Source: Lama guanicoe
Taxonomy: Eukaryota
Assembly: GCA_013239625.1 (NCBI GenBank)
Contig: MU054187.1
Span: forward strand, 14,728,974 to 14,792,973
Length of the DNA stretch: 64,000 nt
Direction of reading: 5' to 3'
Positions 38,031-51,649 of this stretch are shown in pieces; within the stretch, counting starts at the first letter, position 1, and each line of letters opens with the position of its first letter. Made by a program: the position numbers and the translations under genes. The notes beneath the pieces were generated by a model that did no database searches, was not told the DNA's origin, and saw nothing but the letters and a program-made list of their open reading frames with translations.

Positions 38031-38897
38031 CTAAGGGAAATAATGTTAACTTTCCAGGACACAGATCTCAGAATGATGACACCTGCATGTGATACTATCC
38101 AGATTAATTTATAGAGAAGCGTATAGTAGAGAATGAGAATTTCTTAGCAATTAATTTAGTGGCAGTTTATAGAAACCTTTATGAGGAACATTACTGTGTA
38201 GTAGAAAGGGCACCAGACTGGGACTTTAAAACTCTAGGGTTTTTTTTTTTTTTTAAATTGAAGTATAGTCAGTTACAATGTGACAATTTCTGGTGTACAG
38301 CACAATGTCTCAGTCATACATATACATACATATTTTCATATTCTTTTTCATTAAAGGTTATTATAAGATACTGAATATAGTTCCCTGTGCTATATAGAAG
38401 AATTTTTAAATCCATTTTTATATATAGTGGCTACCATTTGCAAATATCATACTCCCAAATTTATTCCTTCCTACCCTATTTCCCCCTCTAGGTTGGTTTT
38501 TGAGTCAAGGTCTTGCTTATTCATGGCTGTGATGCCTTGGGCAAGTCACTCTCTGAGGCTCAGGGCCAATATTAGCAAAGTGAGGATAAAATTGCCAGTG
38601 CTGCCTGCCTCATAACACATGGGGGTGTTATGAAGCTTCTATGAGGCAGGTTTTAAGAGAAGGCTCTGGAAGCTGTGGAGCCTCTAAGATCATGAGCTGG
38701 GTTGATGATTATCAGGGTGTCCTTTTAGAGTCATGATCACAATCACAGAGATGCAGGATTTAGACCCATGAAGGAAGTAAGGGACCGTGTAGTGAACTCC
38801 TTCATTTGCCACGAGGAAATCGATGCCTGAAGAAACTGACTTTTTTGTCTGGTTTGAATTAAGGGGATGCACAGTGGGAACCTGTGCCCCTCCTCAC

Positions 38898-38992
38898 TCA
38901 GCTGAGATGCTGTGTGTACAGAACCAACGGCCACAGTGAGAGGAAACCTGCAAAGCTTTTGCCTTTGCAGAAACTAACCCAGCTGAGCTCAC
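38898..38992 (-). pseudogene. Candidate downstream exon J
   Basis: Consensus branch point and acceptor cactaaccattctattag|GTG; donor CTGA|gtgagg; needs a 1-nt frameshift to give phase 0>1. Confidence 0.35.
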
Positions 38993-39474
38993 CTAATAGA
39001 ATGGTTAGTGAGAACAAGTACACAGTTCCCAGAAACACAATGAAAACTTTGTAGGTAATGTTCAACTCGTTTCACAAAATGATTCTTTGAAAGTCATTTT
39101 GAAGAATGTGATAAAAATCTTAGCAGTCACCATCTGGTAAGGGCACACTTTACAATGGCATTTATTCAGGGCCTAGGTTGTAGGGTAATGTTATGTACTA
39201 GATTATTTGACGGACAAGGGTGTGGATTTCTAAGGCAAGTGGATTAGATGGAGATGCCCAAAGAAGACACTGTCAAGTCAGCGGCTCTCAACAAAAGAGG
39301 AAAATGAATGATTGTGTCAAAGATGTGACGTAGAGATTGACAGTCTAATTCTTGGACCTGACACTTAAAATGCTAATTCTGGTAATCCTACATGCTTGCC
39401 GAGGAAGGATAGAAACATGCTATAAGGCACTGTAGTTGCAAGTGATCTGTTAACTTTAAAATATCTTTTACTGT

Positions 39475-42400
39475 GGGAAGGAAATAACAAAGATCAGAGC
39501 ATAAATAAATAAATGAAACAGAGATGAAAAGATAGAAGAAACTAAGAGCTGGTCTTTTGAAAAGGTAAACAAAATTGGCAAACCTTTAGTTAGAATCACC
39601 AAGAAAAAAAGGACACAAATAAAACAAATGAAAGAGGAAATATTACAACAGATACTACAGAAATACAATCATAAGAGAATACTGCAGACAGTCATACACT
39701 AACAAATTTGACAACCTAGAAGAAGTGGATAAATTTCTAGAAACATACAACCTACCAAGACTGAATCATAAAGAAGTAGAAAATCAGAACAGATGGATTA
39801 CTAGTAAGAATATAGTCAGTAGTCAAAACCTCTCAACAAGCAAAAGTCCAGTACCAGGTGGTTTCACTGGTGAATTCTCCCAAACATTCAAAATATATAA
39901 AGTAAAAAAGAGGAAGGAACACTTCAAAACCCATTGTATGAGGCCAGTATTACCTTGATACCAAGATCAGTCAAGGATGCCATAAGAAAATAATATTATA
40001 GGCCAATATTCTGATGAACATAGCTGCAAAAATCCTCAACACAGTATTAGCAAACTGAATTCAACAATACATTTAAAGGTACCATACACCACCAACTGGG
40101 CTTTATCCCAGGGAGGTAAGGATGGCTCAACATCTGCAAATCGATCAATGTGATACACCACATTAACAAAGTGAAAGATTAAAATCATATCATTTCAACA
40201 GATGCAGAGAAAGCTTTTGACAAAATTCACTATCCATTTATGATAAAAACCCTCAGCAAAGTGGGTATAGAGGGAACATACCTGAGCACAATGAAGACCA
40301 TACAGGTTAAGCCACAGCTAACTTAATATTCAATGGTGAGAAACAAACTTTTTCCTCTAAGGAACAAGACAGGGATGCCCACGCTCACCACTTTTATTTA
40401 ATATAGTATTGGAAGCCCTAGCTGAGCAGTAAGGCAAGAAAAAGAAATAAAAGGCATCCACACTGGAAAGGGAAAAGTAAAACTGTCACTATTTGCAGGT
40501 GATGTGATATTATTGATAGAAAACCCTAAAGATGCCATCAAAAAACTTAGGACTAATAAATAAGTAAATTTTCAGGATACGAAACCAGCATGCAAAAATC
40601 TGTGGGTTTCTATGTACTAATAACAGACTATCAGAAATTAAGAACACAATCCCATTTACAATTGTATCAAAAAGAATAAGATATCCAGGAATAACTTTAA
40701 CCACTGAAAATTAAAAGACTGATGAAAGAAATTGAAGAGATATGCATCAATGGAAAAGAAATTCCATGCTCATGGTTTGGAAGAATTAGTACTGTTAAAA
40801 TATCCATACTACCCAAAGCAATCTACAGATTCAATGCAATCCCTATAAAATCTGTATTTTGCAGAAATAGAACAAACAATCCTAAAATTTGTATGGAAAC
40901 ACAAAAGATCCTAAATAGCCAAAGCAATTTTGGGAAAGAACAAAGCTGGCGACATGCTTCGTGATTTCAAACTATATTTGCAAAGCTCTAGTAAAACAAC
41001 ATGGTATTGGCATAAAAAGAGATACATGGATCAATGGAACAGAATAGAGAACTCAGAAATAAATGCATATATAGTCAATTAATTTGAGACAAAGCAGCCA
41101 AGAATACAGAATGAGTAAAGAAGAGTTTTTTCAATAAATGGTGTTGGGAGAACTGACAGCCACATGTAAATGCCTGAAATTGGACCACTGTCTTACATCG
41201 TACACAAAAATTAACTCAAAATGGGTTAAAGACCTGAACTTAAAACCTTAAACCATAGAACTCCTAGAAGAAAACATAGGTGGTAATCTCCTTGACATTG
41301 ATTTTTTGTAATGAATTTTTGGATTTCACACCAAAACCAAAGTCAGCAAAAGCAAAAATAAACAAGTGGGGCTACATCAAACTAAAAAGCTTTTGCACAG
41401 CAAAGGAAACCGTCAGTAAAAGAAAAGGCAACCTACAGAGTGGGAGAAAATATTTACAAATCATATCAGGTAGGGGGCTAATAATCAACACATGTAACTC
41501 ATACAACTTAATAGCAAAACCAGACAATTTGATTAAAAAATGAGCAGAGGATATAAATATTTTTCCAAAAAAGACATACAGATGACCAACAAGTACATGA
41601 AAAGATGTTCAACATTACTGATCATCAGGGAAATGCACATCAAAATCACAATGAGATATATCATCTCACATCTGTTAGAATGTTGGTTGTTACCCAAATG
41701 ACAAGAAATAATGAGTGTGAGAATGTGGAGAAGAGGCAACCTTTATGTCCTCACTGCTGGTAGGAATGCAAATTGATACAGCCATTATGGGAAATACTGG
41801 AAGTTCATAAAAAAAAAAAAAAGAACTACTGTATGGCTCAGCAATACTATTTCTGGGTATTTCTCTGAAGAAAATGAAAACACTTGAAAAGATATGTGCA
41901 TCCTGTGTTCATTGTAACATTTACAATTGCCAACATATGGAAATGGCCCTCATCATGAATGAATATGTATATCTCTACACACACTTGTACATACATAGGC
42001 ACATAATAGAATATTCAGTCATTAAAAAAAGTGAAATCCTGTTATTTGCACAGACATGAATGGACCCTGAGGGCATTATGCTGAGTGACAGTGAAGATAG
42101 AAAAAGATAATACCTTATGATCTCACATGTGGAATCTGAAAAAACAATCAAAAAAGAACAAAAATAAGCTCATGGATATAGAGAACAAGTTGGTGATTGC
42201 CTGAGGCGGGGAGTGAGGTGGTGTGCAGGTGGGGGTCAAAAAGGTACAAACTTCTGGTTATAAAATGAGTAAGTTGTGGGGATGTGACGTAGAGCATGAG
42301 AACTATAGTTAATAATACTATATTGCATGTTTGAGAGTAGCTAGGGAGTGAAGCTTGAAAGTTCTCATCACAAGAAAAAATATTTTGTAACTACGTATGA

Positions 42401-42506
42401 TGGATGTTAACTGGATTTATTGTGATCCTTCTATAATCTATACGAGTATTAAATCATGTTGTACATTTGAAACTATATAATGTTACGTCAATTATTAAAA
42501 AAAAAA
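39475..42506 (+). mobile_element. Older L1 (L1MA-like), decayed ORF2 plus 3'UTR
   Basis: ORF2 fragments ([49 protein letters not shown]); poly(A) end; degenerate TSD ctttactgt. Confidence 0.95.
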
Positions 42507-42959
42507 CCTTTACTGTTGCAGAAGATTCCATGGTTCATGAGGTGAAAGAATGCTTTATTTGTTAAGGAAATAAATACGAAAGTGAAACATGGGTGATGAG
42601 AACATACTCAGAGGGGAGCTTATTTTATTTTTTAAAGAAAACATTCTGTGCAGAGGTTCTGTGACTGTGGCAAGGCATAGGTCCCAAATTAAGGTTATGC
42701 TTTGCTAGATGTATGAAGAGCTACGTCTTTAAATGACTTAACAGGACATTTTCAAGCAACTCAGCACTTGGCAGATTTAATTTTGACGAGCAGGAGCAGG
42801 TGGGTGGCTCAGGCTTCTCAACCTTGAAGAGATGACCCCAAATGACTTTGTTTTTTTCCTGATAGTTGCAAGGGAAAATAAGATTTAATTAAGGAACCAG
42901 GGAAAGGTGCCTCCATTGTTAAGGTTAAAGGGAGAGGGAGGTGTGACAAACAGAAGGAA

Positions 42960-43820
42960 GCAGGTGTAAGGAAGGCACAAAATGACGTAAGCCCCTGGGA
43001 GCACGCTGGTGGGGAGTCCCTGGGGCTGGTGGTAACTTATGAGAGTAATTTCTGTTTAGACGAAGAAATGAAACCCAACCAGCAACAGGGCTCACGCAAG
43101 CACGTGTACTTTTATAACTTCTGAGTTTGAAATCCCTTTATTGTTTTTCTGCGGTTGGGTGAGGAGCCTCAGGGCTGAGGGAAAACCCCTCCCTGTAGGC
43201 TTGTGCCTTTTCCGAGCTCTAAGGGGCTTTAAATGCTGTGAAAAATATGTTATTTTTCTGAAATGGTTTTAAGTCGTAACCATTTTGACTCCATCTTTCA
43301 TTTTTTCTGATAATTCTATTTTCTTCCTTCGCCCCCCTCCCTCTTCTGCTTCCTCTCATCTCTTTGCCTCTCCGTCTGGGTAAAGTTTCTGGCACCTGGC
43401 TCGTTTGCCAGGAAAAAAGACAACTGCTTGCGAAGGAGAAAACCCTTTCCTGCGTGCTCCGTGCTCGGAACCGACACCCGTCGCTGGGATGGACAGCTGG
43501 GCCATGCAGTGGTTCCGAGCTCTTGCCAAGGGAAATGCCCCAGCTCGTATCCCTCTTTTCCAGAATGTGGGCAAGTCCAGGGGGCTCGTGAAAGTCTTTG
43601 AAATCTGTGAAGTCATTAGTCTCCCTGCCTGTCTTTCCAAATAAATGCTTTGGTGGGTTAATCATTAACTTGACGTCTTGTACTTGGGAGCTTGCGATTA
43701 TGGGGATGGAACATGCTCAGTTTCTTCTCAGAAAACTCTGCACTGCAGTTTGGGGACGTACACAGAGCTGCGGTCAGGACGCTGGGAGAATCCCCACGTA
43801 GGACTGAACAGGGTTAGAGG
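42960..43820. promoter_or_regulatory. Enhancer-like motif cluster
   Basis: Perfect HNF1 palindrome GTTAATCATTAAC 43657-43669 next to TGACGTC 43671-43677; NF-kB-like GGGAAAACCC 43179-43188; CACGTG near 43101; locally CpG-rich unique sequence. Confidence 0.5.
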
Positions 43821-43952
43821 GAGGTGTTTGGTTTGGTTTTGTTTATTTGGTATTAAAAAAAACCTTTTTCTTATATTCATATCTCCCACTGAATTCATAG
43901 AAGTTTTGTAAACCAGGATAAAAGGCATATATTAATATTTGTCCACACTCAC

Positions 43953-44069
43953 ATTTGGTTTTAAAAATTATGACTCCTATTCAATTTGTACTGTTCTTTC
44001 TTCTTTCACATCACTTTCTGCCATTGAGAAGATATTTCTTCTTAGATATTTCCATGAGTCTGTCTGCAC
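43953..44069 (-). pseudogene. Pseudogene exon I (117 nt, phase 0>0)
   Basis: ttctctatttcatag|GTGCAG...CCAAAT|gtgagt; in-frame TAG at 43977-43979 and TAA at 43968-43970. Confidence 0.75.
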
Positions 44070-44558
44070 CTATGAAATAGAGAATTAACACTAATTACTT
44101 GTATAACAGGAATCCCCCAAAGACTTACACATAAAATAGATGATTTTTAAATTGTTACTTCAATTCTTACCTTTTATTTCATCTTTATTTTGCTTTCTCC
44201 CCTCCTCTTCTTCTTACTGCTCCCCCTCCTTCTTTCTCTTGATATATCTATAAATCTATATCCACACACATATAAATATTATATATAATATTCTTCTAAA
44301 CCTTGGTCATTGATTAAGGGGCTGTTTCTTAGGCTTCTCCACTATGAAGTACTATTTTTCCCTCTTTTAACTGAAACAGTTTGTGAGGGGATACTTCATC
44401 ACTCTATAAAGATCCTGTTTCCTGTGACATTTTCACCCACTCGTGTTAGTGTCCTCTGATAATTTCCTGCCTCCGTCATGCCAAGTAATACATGTAGAAG
44501 AAATGATGGAGATGGAAAATCAAAACTGTTTTTGTAAAAGATAATCTACAATACTCAC

Positions 44559-44615
44559 TTTACCATTCTGCAATGTGTTTTGTAGATGACAGGACCTATG
44601 GACACCTAACTTCCA
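44559..44615 (-). pseudogene. Pseudogene exon H (57 nt, phase 0>0)
   Basis: ctcctgcatattacag|TGGAAG...GGTAAA|gtgagt; only phase 0 is open (WKLGVHRSCHLQNTLQNGK). Confidence 0.75.
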
Positions 44616-45310
44616 CTGTAATATGCAGGAGAAGTTAAAGGACAGTGATTTGTAGTAAAAATTAGTATGTATTTCAGTAGGTGACGGTGTGGGCACTTCT
44701 GCAAGAGAGGACATGTTGAAGGAGTCGGATGTGAGAAATTGTGGTGATGGGGCAGCTACACATGCAGAGGTGGCTCACCGATGCTCACGTTCAATCTGTA
44801 GCATTTGGTTAGGAATATGGTTTTGAGAATAGTGAACAACTTTGGTAAAATTTGGAAGAAAATACAGCAAAATGTTCCCTCAATTTATGCCATAGTAGTA
44901 ATCCCCCCAAATCCCCAGAACACATTAAAATAGTGCAAAAATTGAGTTTATATCTAAAACATATGCTGAGGATTTAGACCCAAAGAAATAAGGTTTTCCC
45001 CTACATGGCTGCTGGGAAAAAGTTCAGTGCACTGGGGCACCAGCCCACCCACCTCAGGACATCTGCCATCTCTGGCCTGCACCCACTGGCTGTCTCTGGC
45101 ATCTCTCACCATTGAGACAACCAGATAACCCCCACAGACAATCAGATGTCCCCTGGAAGTGGTAACATTGCTTGAGAAGCACTGTTTTAAGGTTTCTCAT
45201 AAGCACAAATTGCTGCCCACCCCCGCTTCAAAAATAAAGAAGAATGAAAAGAATCAGCACATAGATTAATTTTTCTCTTGGCATTCTGTAGCACTCTTCT
45301 CATCCCTCAC

Positions 45311-45629
45311 CTCTTTGCTCTGGACTTCTCCATTGCATCTTCTAGGTCTTGGAAACACAAGACTGTTTCTGTAGATACATAATGAGTTGATTTGAGGTTT
45401 TGGAGAAGAATATCAAATAGCACCATCTATGCAACTGACCACTTTGGGGGGATGAATACACAGATTAACATCCCCTTCAGTTAAGATCAGAGAGACAAGA
45501 GACACTTCCGAGAACTCAAACCAAGTCTCCAAACATTCCACACATTCTCCCTCTCACATTCTGCAGGTATCTTTAACTTTATACTAGAGAAGTTATTGCC
45601 CCTCAGTGTTTCTGATTGTAGATTAACAT
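45311..45629 (-). pseudogene. Pseudogene exon G (319 nt, phase 1>0 after correcting a 2-nt frameshift)
   Basis: ctgttctgttccag|ATGTTA...AAAGAG|gtgagg; frameshift in a TC run near 45488-45496; in-frame TGA at 45413-45415. Confidence 0.75.
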
Positions 45630-46790
45630 CTGGAACAGAACAGTGATTAGATAACAGGAGGGTCTGGTTTTAGAAGACTCTTGCCATGTTGGAACAAGCA
45701 GTGTTACAAACAAGTGCTTGAGTGACCAGCAGTCCAATCGTGGGGAACCAGCCTGTCCCTAATCTTCCAAGTAATTGAGAATGTTCTGACCAAGGAGAGC
45801 CTGGACCACCTGATTAATGACTGTTATAAACAGCAGTGGTGTAAACTAGTGAAAGGAATCTTACAGAGAATTCTGTTTGATCCGAGGGGTTTTTGTTGAC
45901 CAAGTTTGGACAGACATATTAACAAGAATGTACCATGTCATTATTTGTCATCACTGGAGTAGCACTGGAGTCCGTTTGCGCTCTGTCTCCATCTTTCTTT
46001 CTCTTTTGCTTTCTCAGACCTCCCATGATTTGCTTTCTTTAATGCTTTCATGTTTCAGCTTTTCAGACTTGAGTCTGACGTCTAACTGAGGTGGCCAAAT
46101 GGTTTCATGACCTTCACGCTCTGAAATCACATGGACACGTTTTCATAGGTCAGAGAGAAGCTGGAAGTGCCTACCAAGTGGCGATGGGCTACATTCATTT
46201 TGTGGGTTTTTAAACTTTGTGGCTTTCTCTTTGTTCTTGCTTATTGTCTTATGCAACCTCGCCTATTGAGAATCTTCTTCCCCGGGGGTGTTCCGGGTGT
46301 GTTGGCCCTGGGTGGTTACTTCTTCTGCTTGTGGCAGCATGACAAAGTGACATGACAGGACAAAAGGGAGTCGATTATTTCAGCTATATTTGCTGGGAGC
46401 TTCATTCATGATACAAGAGAGGCAGAATGTGTAGAAAACGGGAACACGTAGCTCCTCATTTATCCCTTTGTTGTACCAGCCATTCAGCAAGTGTCTACAG
46501 AATTCCCTGTATGCTACATCGTGGGAGATCACGAGGGAGAGTGGCCGGGTTCCCATGGCTACAATAGGAGGCAGGGAGGTGGTGCAAAGAATTTGGGATG
46601 AGGAGTTAGATGGCTTAGCTTCTCCTTCTGGTGCTGCCTCTTACCAGCTAACATGTCTGAACCTTAGACTCCTTAAAAAAATACCCATATTGCTCACGTC
46701 CTGTGTGATTGTGATGGTCAAGTGAAATGAGAAAATTCCAAGTAAGATTTACAGCATTTAAAAAAATTATTTATTTTTATTTTTTTTAAG

Positions 46791-46863
46791 TGGAGGTACT
46801 GGGGACTGAACCCAGGACCTTATGTATGCTAAGCATGCGCTTTTACCACTGAGCTATATCCCC
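46791..46863 (-). mobile_element. tRNA-Ala-derived SINE (vic-1-like)
   Basis: Reverse complement is ggggatatagctcagtggtaaaagcgcatgcttagcatacataaggtcctgggttcagtccccagtacctcca, followed by an A-rich tail. Confidence 0.85.
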
Positions 46864-48921
46864 ACCCCTAAACTTTTTTTTTGTACCAAGACCCAAGGCA
46901 GCTTTTTTGAGACCACATAGATGGGAATTACATTTTGGGGAGTGTGGGGTCCAAGTCTAACAGGCACCCAGATGGTAGCTCTGCTCTGCACCTCGCAGGG
47001 CTGCTGAGAGAGGACTGCATGTTACAGAGCGAACCCTTTGAACGAGGGTGGAGGGGCCAGGGAGCAAGCTTGCTGGCCTATTGTCTCTTCAACCTCAAAA
47101 TGTCAGCGTTGAACTCATCACATCTTTACCTTGGCTTGAGGCCACCCCTTGCTCTTCCCGGTCTTCTCTGGTCCTAATACCCCAGCCTTTTGAAGTTGAT
47201 GGCACGGAAGACAGCCATGTCCTCCCCCGGTTTGATCCTTGGCTGCACCAGCAGGGACAGACCCAGGGCCAGAGTGGACGTGGCTCTGACAGCTCATGCT
47301 TCTCCCCGTTGTAGGCTCACAGTTCTGTTTACCGAGCCTGCCAAGGATGGAGACTACCAAGAGTAGGTTCACTAAATAATTCACAGCGTGTCAAGTAAAA
47401 TCAACTGGCAAGTGATAAACTTAGAGGAAAAGAACCAGGTTTAGGGTGAGGAGATCCAGCTTCTAGTGTGGGCTCTCTACTTAAGTCTTGTAAAGGTTTT
47501 GGGAAAGTTCCTTCATCTTTTTGCACCTTAGGTCCCCAACCTGCAGAGAGAGGCGGTCATGTTCCAGAGTCAGATGGGTGTGTCCTGCTGCCGACTGCGC
47601 TGTCTCCTGTGGCAGAAGGAACCGAAAGCAGACTGGGTGGTTTTGCTGTGAAAGCAAGGAAATCAATTGGGAGGAAACTAGACTTTACTGAACATTTATT
47701 ATGAACATGACAATGTTAGGCATTTTACACATATAATCACATTTAATCTTTGTAACAATCCTGTGACGTAGGTATTATTAGCTCCATTTTTGTCAGAGGT
47801 TAAGTAACTTGCCCAAGATCACACACTGCCAAGTGGACTTACTGGAATTCAGAGCCAGGTTAGGCTGACTTCAAAGGGATTGTTCTTCGTGTAACACCTG
47901 CTACCTCAGTAGCAGAACAAATGTATATTTTGACCCTCGGCAGTACTTGATGGTTTCTGTGCTTGAATATACAGAGGTAAAACCAGGGGAAAAAACCAAT
48001 CAGAAGAATCCAGTGTTTGTATCTTAATCCTACTAAGACTTTTGTATTTGAGAAAGGAAAGGCCAGGCTAACTGCATGTATTAGAGAGATTAAAAGCTGA
48101 GGGTTCTTCAAACACCACACCTAAGTGGGCGTTTAATCTGGGCGTATTCGGAGGAGAAGGCCGATTGATGGGACTGTCATGAGATCCCACAGGGAGAGTG
48201 TGTATCCATTGTGATTTCCTGAAGCCAAAACACATGCTGTCAGCAGGTGGTTGAATTGACAAATCCAACTGAATGTGACTACTGGCAAGCGTTTCCCATC
48301 ATGCTTGCTGGCCAGAGCTAAAAATCGCCAGATTTAAATGAAAACCACGGACAGGACATGCAGAGATTTTGTGAAGGAATGTGTGAAGAGGAAACTCAAG
48401 TGTAAACCTCTGAATGTTTTGTTTCCGGGGATCTCTGAGGAGGTTTACAAAACTGGGTGTTTTTGATTTGTGGCCTTAACGTTTAAAGTCACATTTTAAA
48501 ACTGAGTCCCTGGATTGCAGAAAGGCAGAAAAACAATATAGCCATTTGGTATGACTTGTTATAAAATGTAGCTAGTGCTTTTTAAAAATAGTTTCAAACC
48601 AAATTAGCTCTGGGCACCTGCTGGAGCTTTGTGTTTTCATATAGACTTGTTTGCTGTCAGCCAGAAAAAAAAAAATCAGCCCAACAAAACCCTCCACCCA
48701 CATGGTTTGTTATAAAACCTGACACTCCTAATGCTTTTCCAAGCCGCTTCTCTTGGATCAAATCATTCAAATAAGGAAAAAAGACATTTAACATCTTGAA
48801 AGAATGGGGCAAACTATGTGTTGTTAGATAGAGTCTCAGAAGGGGTCAGGGAAAGAAGAAAGGTGGATATTAAGTAATGTGATGTATTAATCACACTGTA
48901 AAAGTTTTTCTAATAACTTAC

Positions 48922-49012
48922 GTGAAAAATTTCAACACTGATAGAATACGGCTGGAATTTTAGGATTTACAGTTTTACTGAATAGGCCCCTTAAACCATG
49001 TCTGTTTTCATT
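48922..49012 (-). pseudogene. Pseudogene exon F (91 nt, phase 0>1)
   Basis: cttgtataaacag|AATGAA...TTTTCAC|gtaagt; in-frame TGA at 48932-48934. Confidence 0.75.
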
Positions 49013-49633
49013 CTGTTTATACAAGATATACATGGTTGGCTGTTTCCAATGATGTGGACATTTTGTTTGTTTATTAGACAGAGGAGATACAGATGATGTC
49101 ATGATGTCTAAATGAACAATGGCAACAATTATAGCAATAAAAACGGCAAAAATCACTTTGTGGAGATTTTGCATTTTAAGAGATAGCAAAGTCTGTTGAT
49201 TGCTCAGAGGATGCTGAAATCTGGACTAACGCTGACAAAAGAACTCATTTCTGAGTTCTGAGTGCTCTGGGAGGGACTTAGGCTTTGCAGACCTCACCTC
49301 AGTTTTCACCTGCACTGGTTCTCTGACTGCAGTTGAAAAAAGAATTCTGTCTGTTTGATTATACATATGTTTTCTATAGTAGAAAGGCTAGGAGAAGCCT
49401 GTCTTACATCACTCGGTACGTATCATTGACTACAATGCAGCTGACTTCCTACTGACTCACCCTGCTTTCCTGAATGATCTTTTGTATCATTTCTTCCCAG
49501 AGCAATGCAGGTTCTTGAAGTCGAATTGGTATCTTAGAAGTCCCGATGGGGTAATTGTAATAACAACATGGATAATGATGACTGCTCTGCTGCTCCCATT
49601 TATTCAATGCCTGATACTGAAATGGATACTTTT

Positions 49634-49923
49634 GAAAAATTCTTATTTTCTTACTGAAGAGTAGTCGATTTACAGTGTTGATTTCATATGTACAGCAAAG
49701 CAGTTCAGTTATACATGCATATATATATATATATTTCAAATTCTTTTCCATTACAACTCATTACAAAAAATTGAATATAGTTCCCTGTGCTCTACAGTAG
49801 GTCCTGATTGTATATCTATTTTATGTATAGTAATGTGTATCTATTAATCCCAAACTCCTAATCTATCCCTCCCCTTTCTTCCTGCCAGTAGCCACAGTCT
49901 GTTTTCTATGTCTGTGACTTTAA
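49634..49923 (-). mobile_element. L1 3'UTR fragment with TSD
   Basis: TSD GAAATGGATACTTTT at 49619-49633 and 49924-49938. Confidence 0.85.
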
Positions 49924-50177
49924 GAAATGGATACTTTTATATGCATTATTAATATACTTGATAACAACCCTATAAAACAGTTATTAGCACAATTGTAGAA
50001 ATAGGGAAACTGAGCATCTTAGAGTCCACACAGTATTAAAAAAAATGGGTATATTAGAATTTGAATTGAAGTCAGCCTGACTTAAAACAATATTATTTCC
50101 ATTATATGGGGGAAGGAGAAGGTCAAAGGAGATAATTGCTCCAGGAAGTGGCCCACAAAATAGCAAACTTATTTTAC

Positions 50178-50200
50178 TTCTCTTGATAGGGTTCTGAAAC
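50178..50200 (-). pseudogene. Pseudogene micro-exon E (23 nt, phase 1>0)
   Basis: tgtttatgtctcag|GTTTCAGAACCCTATCAAGAGAA|gtaaaa; the donor is weak, but the exon restores phase between D and F. Confidence 0.5.
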
Positions 50201-50797
50201 CTGAGACATAAACATGATATAGAAACACACTCCCATTAACTGTAAATGAGATGCAGGTCTAAACTTGCAGAAATTCTGTAGATGCCCTTTTGAACAGGTG
50301 TGGTTTAAATTAACCCAGTGTAGCAGAGTAACAAAAGCTGCGTAATTTGTTTGCTTAAAGGACTGGTCAGATATACCCACTTAAATATGTGAGTTCTCTA
50401 CTGAGTAATGCACTTTTGCCATGGAAATCTTAAAATAAATTATTTTTTTTTTGATGAATGGAAGGCTCACCAATTCTTTCACTAATCCCCAAACCCCATA
50501 ATTTTTACTAAGTACCTAGTCTCACAAATGCTAACACTGGAACATTTTAGTCTTTCACATAGATTTTATGTAAATTATCACCGTAAAATCAGATTTGGTA
50601 TTTCCTACAACTATTTGATATGAATCTAGATATGCCAAATAAAGAAAAGTATTTTAGCGAAGTTAGTCTCTCATCTGTCTTACTGATAGCAATTGAGTTG
50701 AACCTTTGGCATTGTTTATCTGCACTGTTGTTTAAGGTTAAACGATGGGGCCGAAGCATAGCACTGTTACTTAACGTATTTCAATTATTTATCTCAC

Positions 50798-50822
50798 AGT
50801 ATTTAGATACTGGTTTAGCAAC
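50798..50822 (-). pseudogene. Pseudogene micro-exon D (25 nt, phase 0>1)
   Basis: cattttttttcag|GTTGCTAAACCAGTATCTAAATACT|gtgaga. Confidence 0.65.
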
Positions 50823-51649
50823 CTGAAAAAAAATGTTTGGTCTTGGACTTTTTTTTTTCTTTTTACAGAGAGAACTCAAGTTTTGTGTAAATCCTTGTCT
50901 GTACACCTGTGGCCAAATAGGAACACATGAGAAGCATGGTTGGCTCCACTTGCCAGCACTTACTCACACGGCTGAGTCGTGTGTTAAGTGTTTGGAAGCG
51001 TCTCCCACTACTAATTAGCTCTCAACTAATTGGACCAGAGTTAAAAAAAAATCCTATTATGATTTGTCTGAGGTTACACAGCCTTGGCTAAAAATACTCC
51101 ATTTCACCCTTATAGTATATTAAAACATTGTAAGTATTATATAGGTAAATAACTGAATGGCAATGTGTTTATCTCACGGTACATGTAATCATGAGACATC
51201 CCCTAGCTGAAGTCTTTCCTTACTGTCCCCTTTCTTTACTGATACAAACCTTTTCTCTTACTGTCCAGATTGCTTAGGTCATAATCTTTTTCTTACTCAA
51301 GACGACCTGCTGGGACATAGCATTTCTTTGTGCACATTACCAAAAGTTACCACGTTCGCTGGACTAATTCCATAAAGGTATCACTTGCTCTGGATCAGGC
51401 TGAGGCAGCTCTGTGCCAACTCTGTGTAGACTAGATCTCAGCCCCATTTGTCTTCCCTTGTGTGTGGTGGCCTGTTCTTAGGCTATGTAAAGTCTGTCCT
51501 ATATTAGATACTTACATTTTATCATTCACTCAATCAACAAATGTTTAATGGGCATCTATTATGAACCAGGCAATTGTTAAGCTTTGGAGAATATGACTGA
51601 ATAAGACTCTGCCCCTAAGGAACTCATATTTTAGTGGGAGAGAAAAATG

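Noticed and set aside
45418..45428. miR-29-like TAGCACCATCT (also a miR-30-like TAAACATCCCC near 29720)
   Set aside because: Only about 11 nt match, the rest of the mature sequence differs, and no hairpin is evident.
46791..46863. Functional tRNA-Ala gene
   Set aside because: Mismatched stems, an A-rich tail and several diverged copies in the window indicate a SINE.
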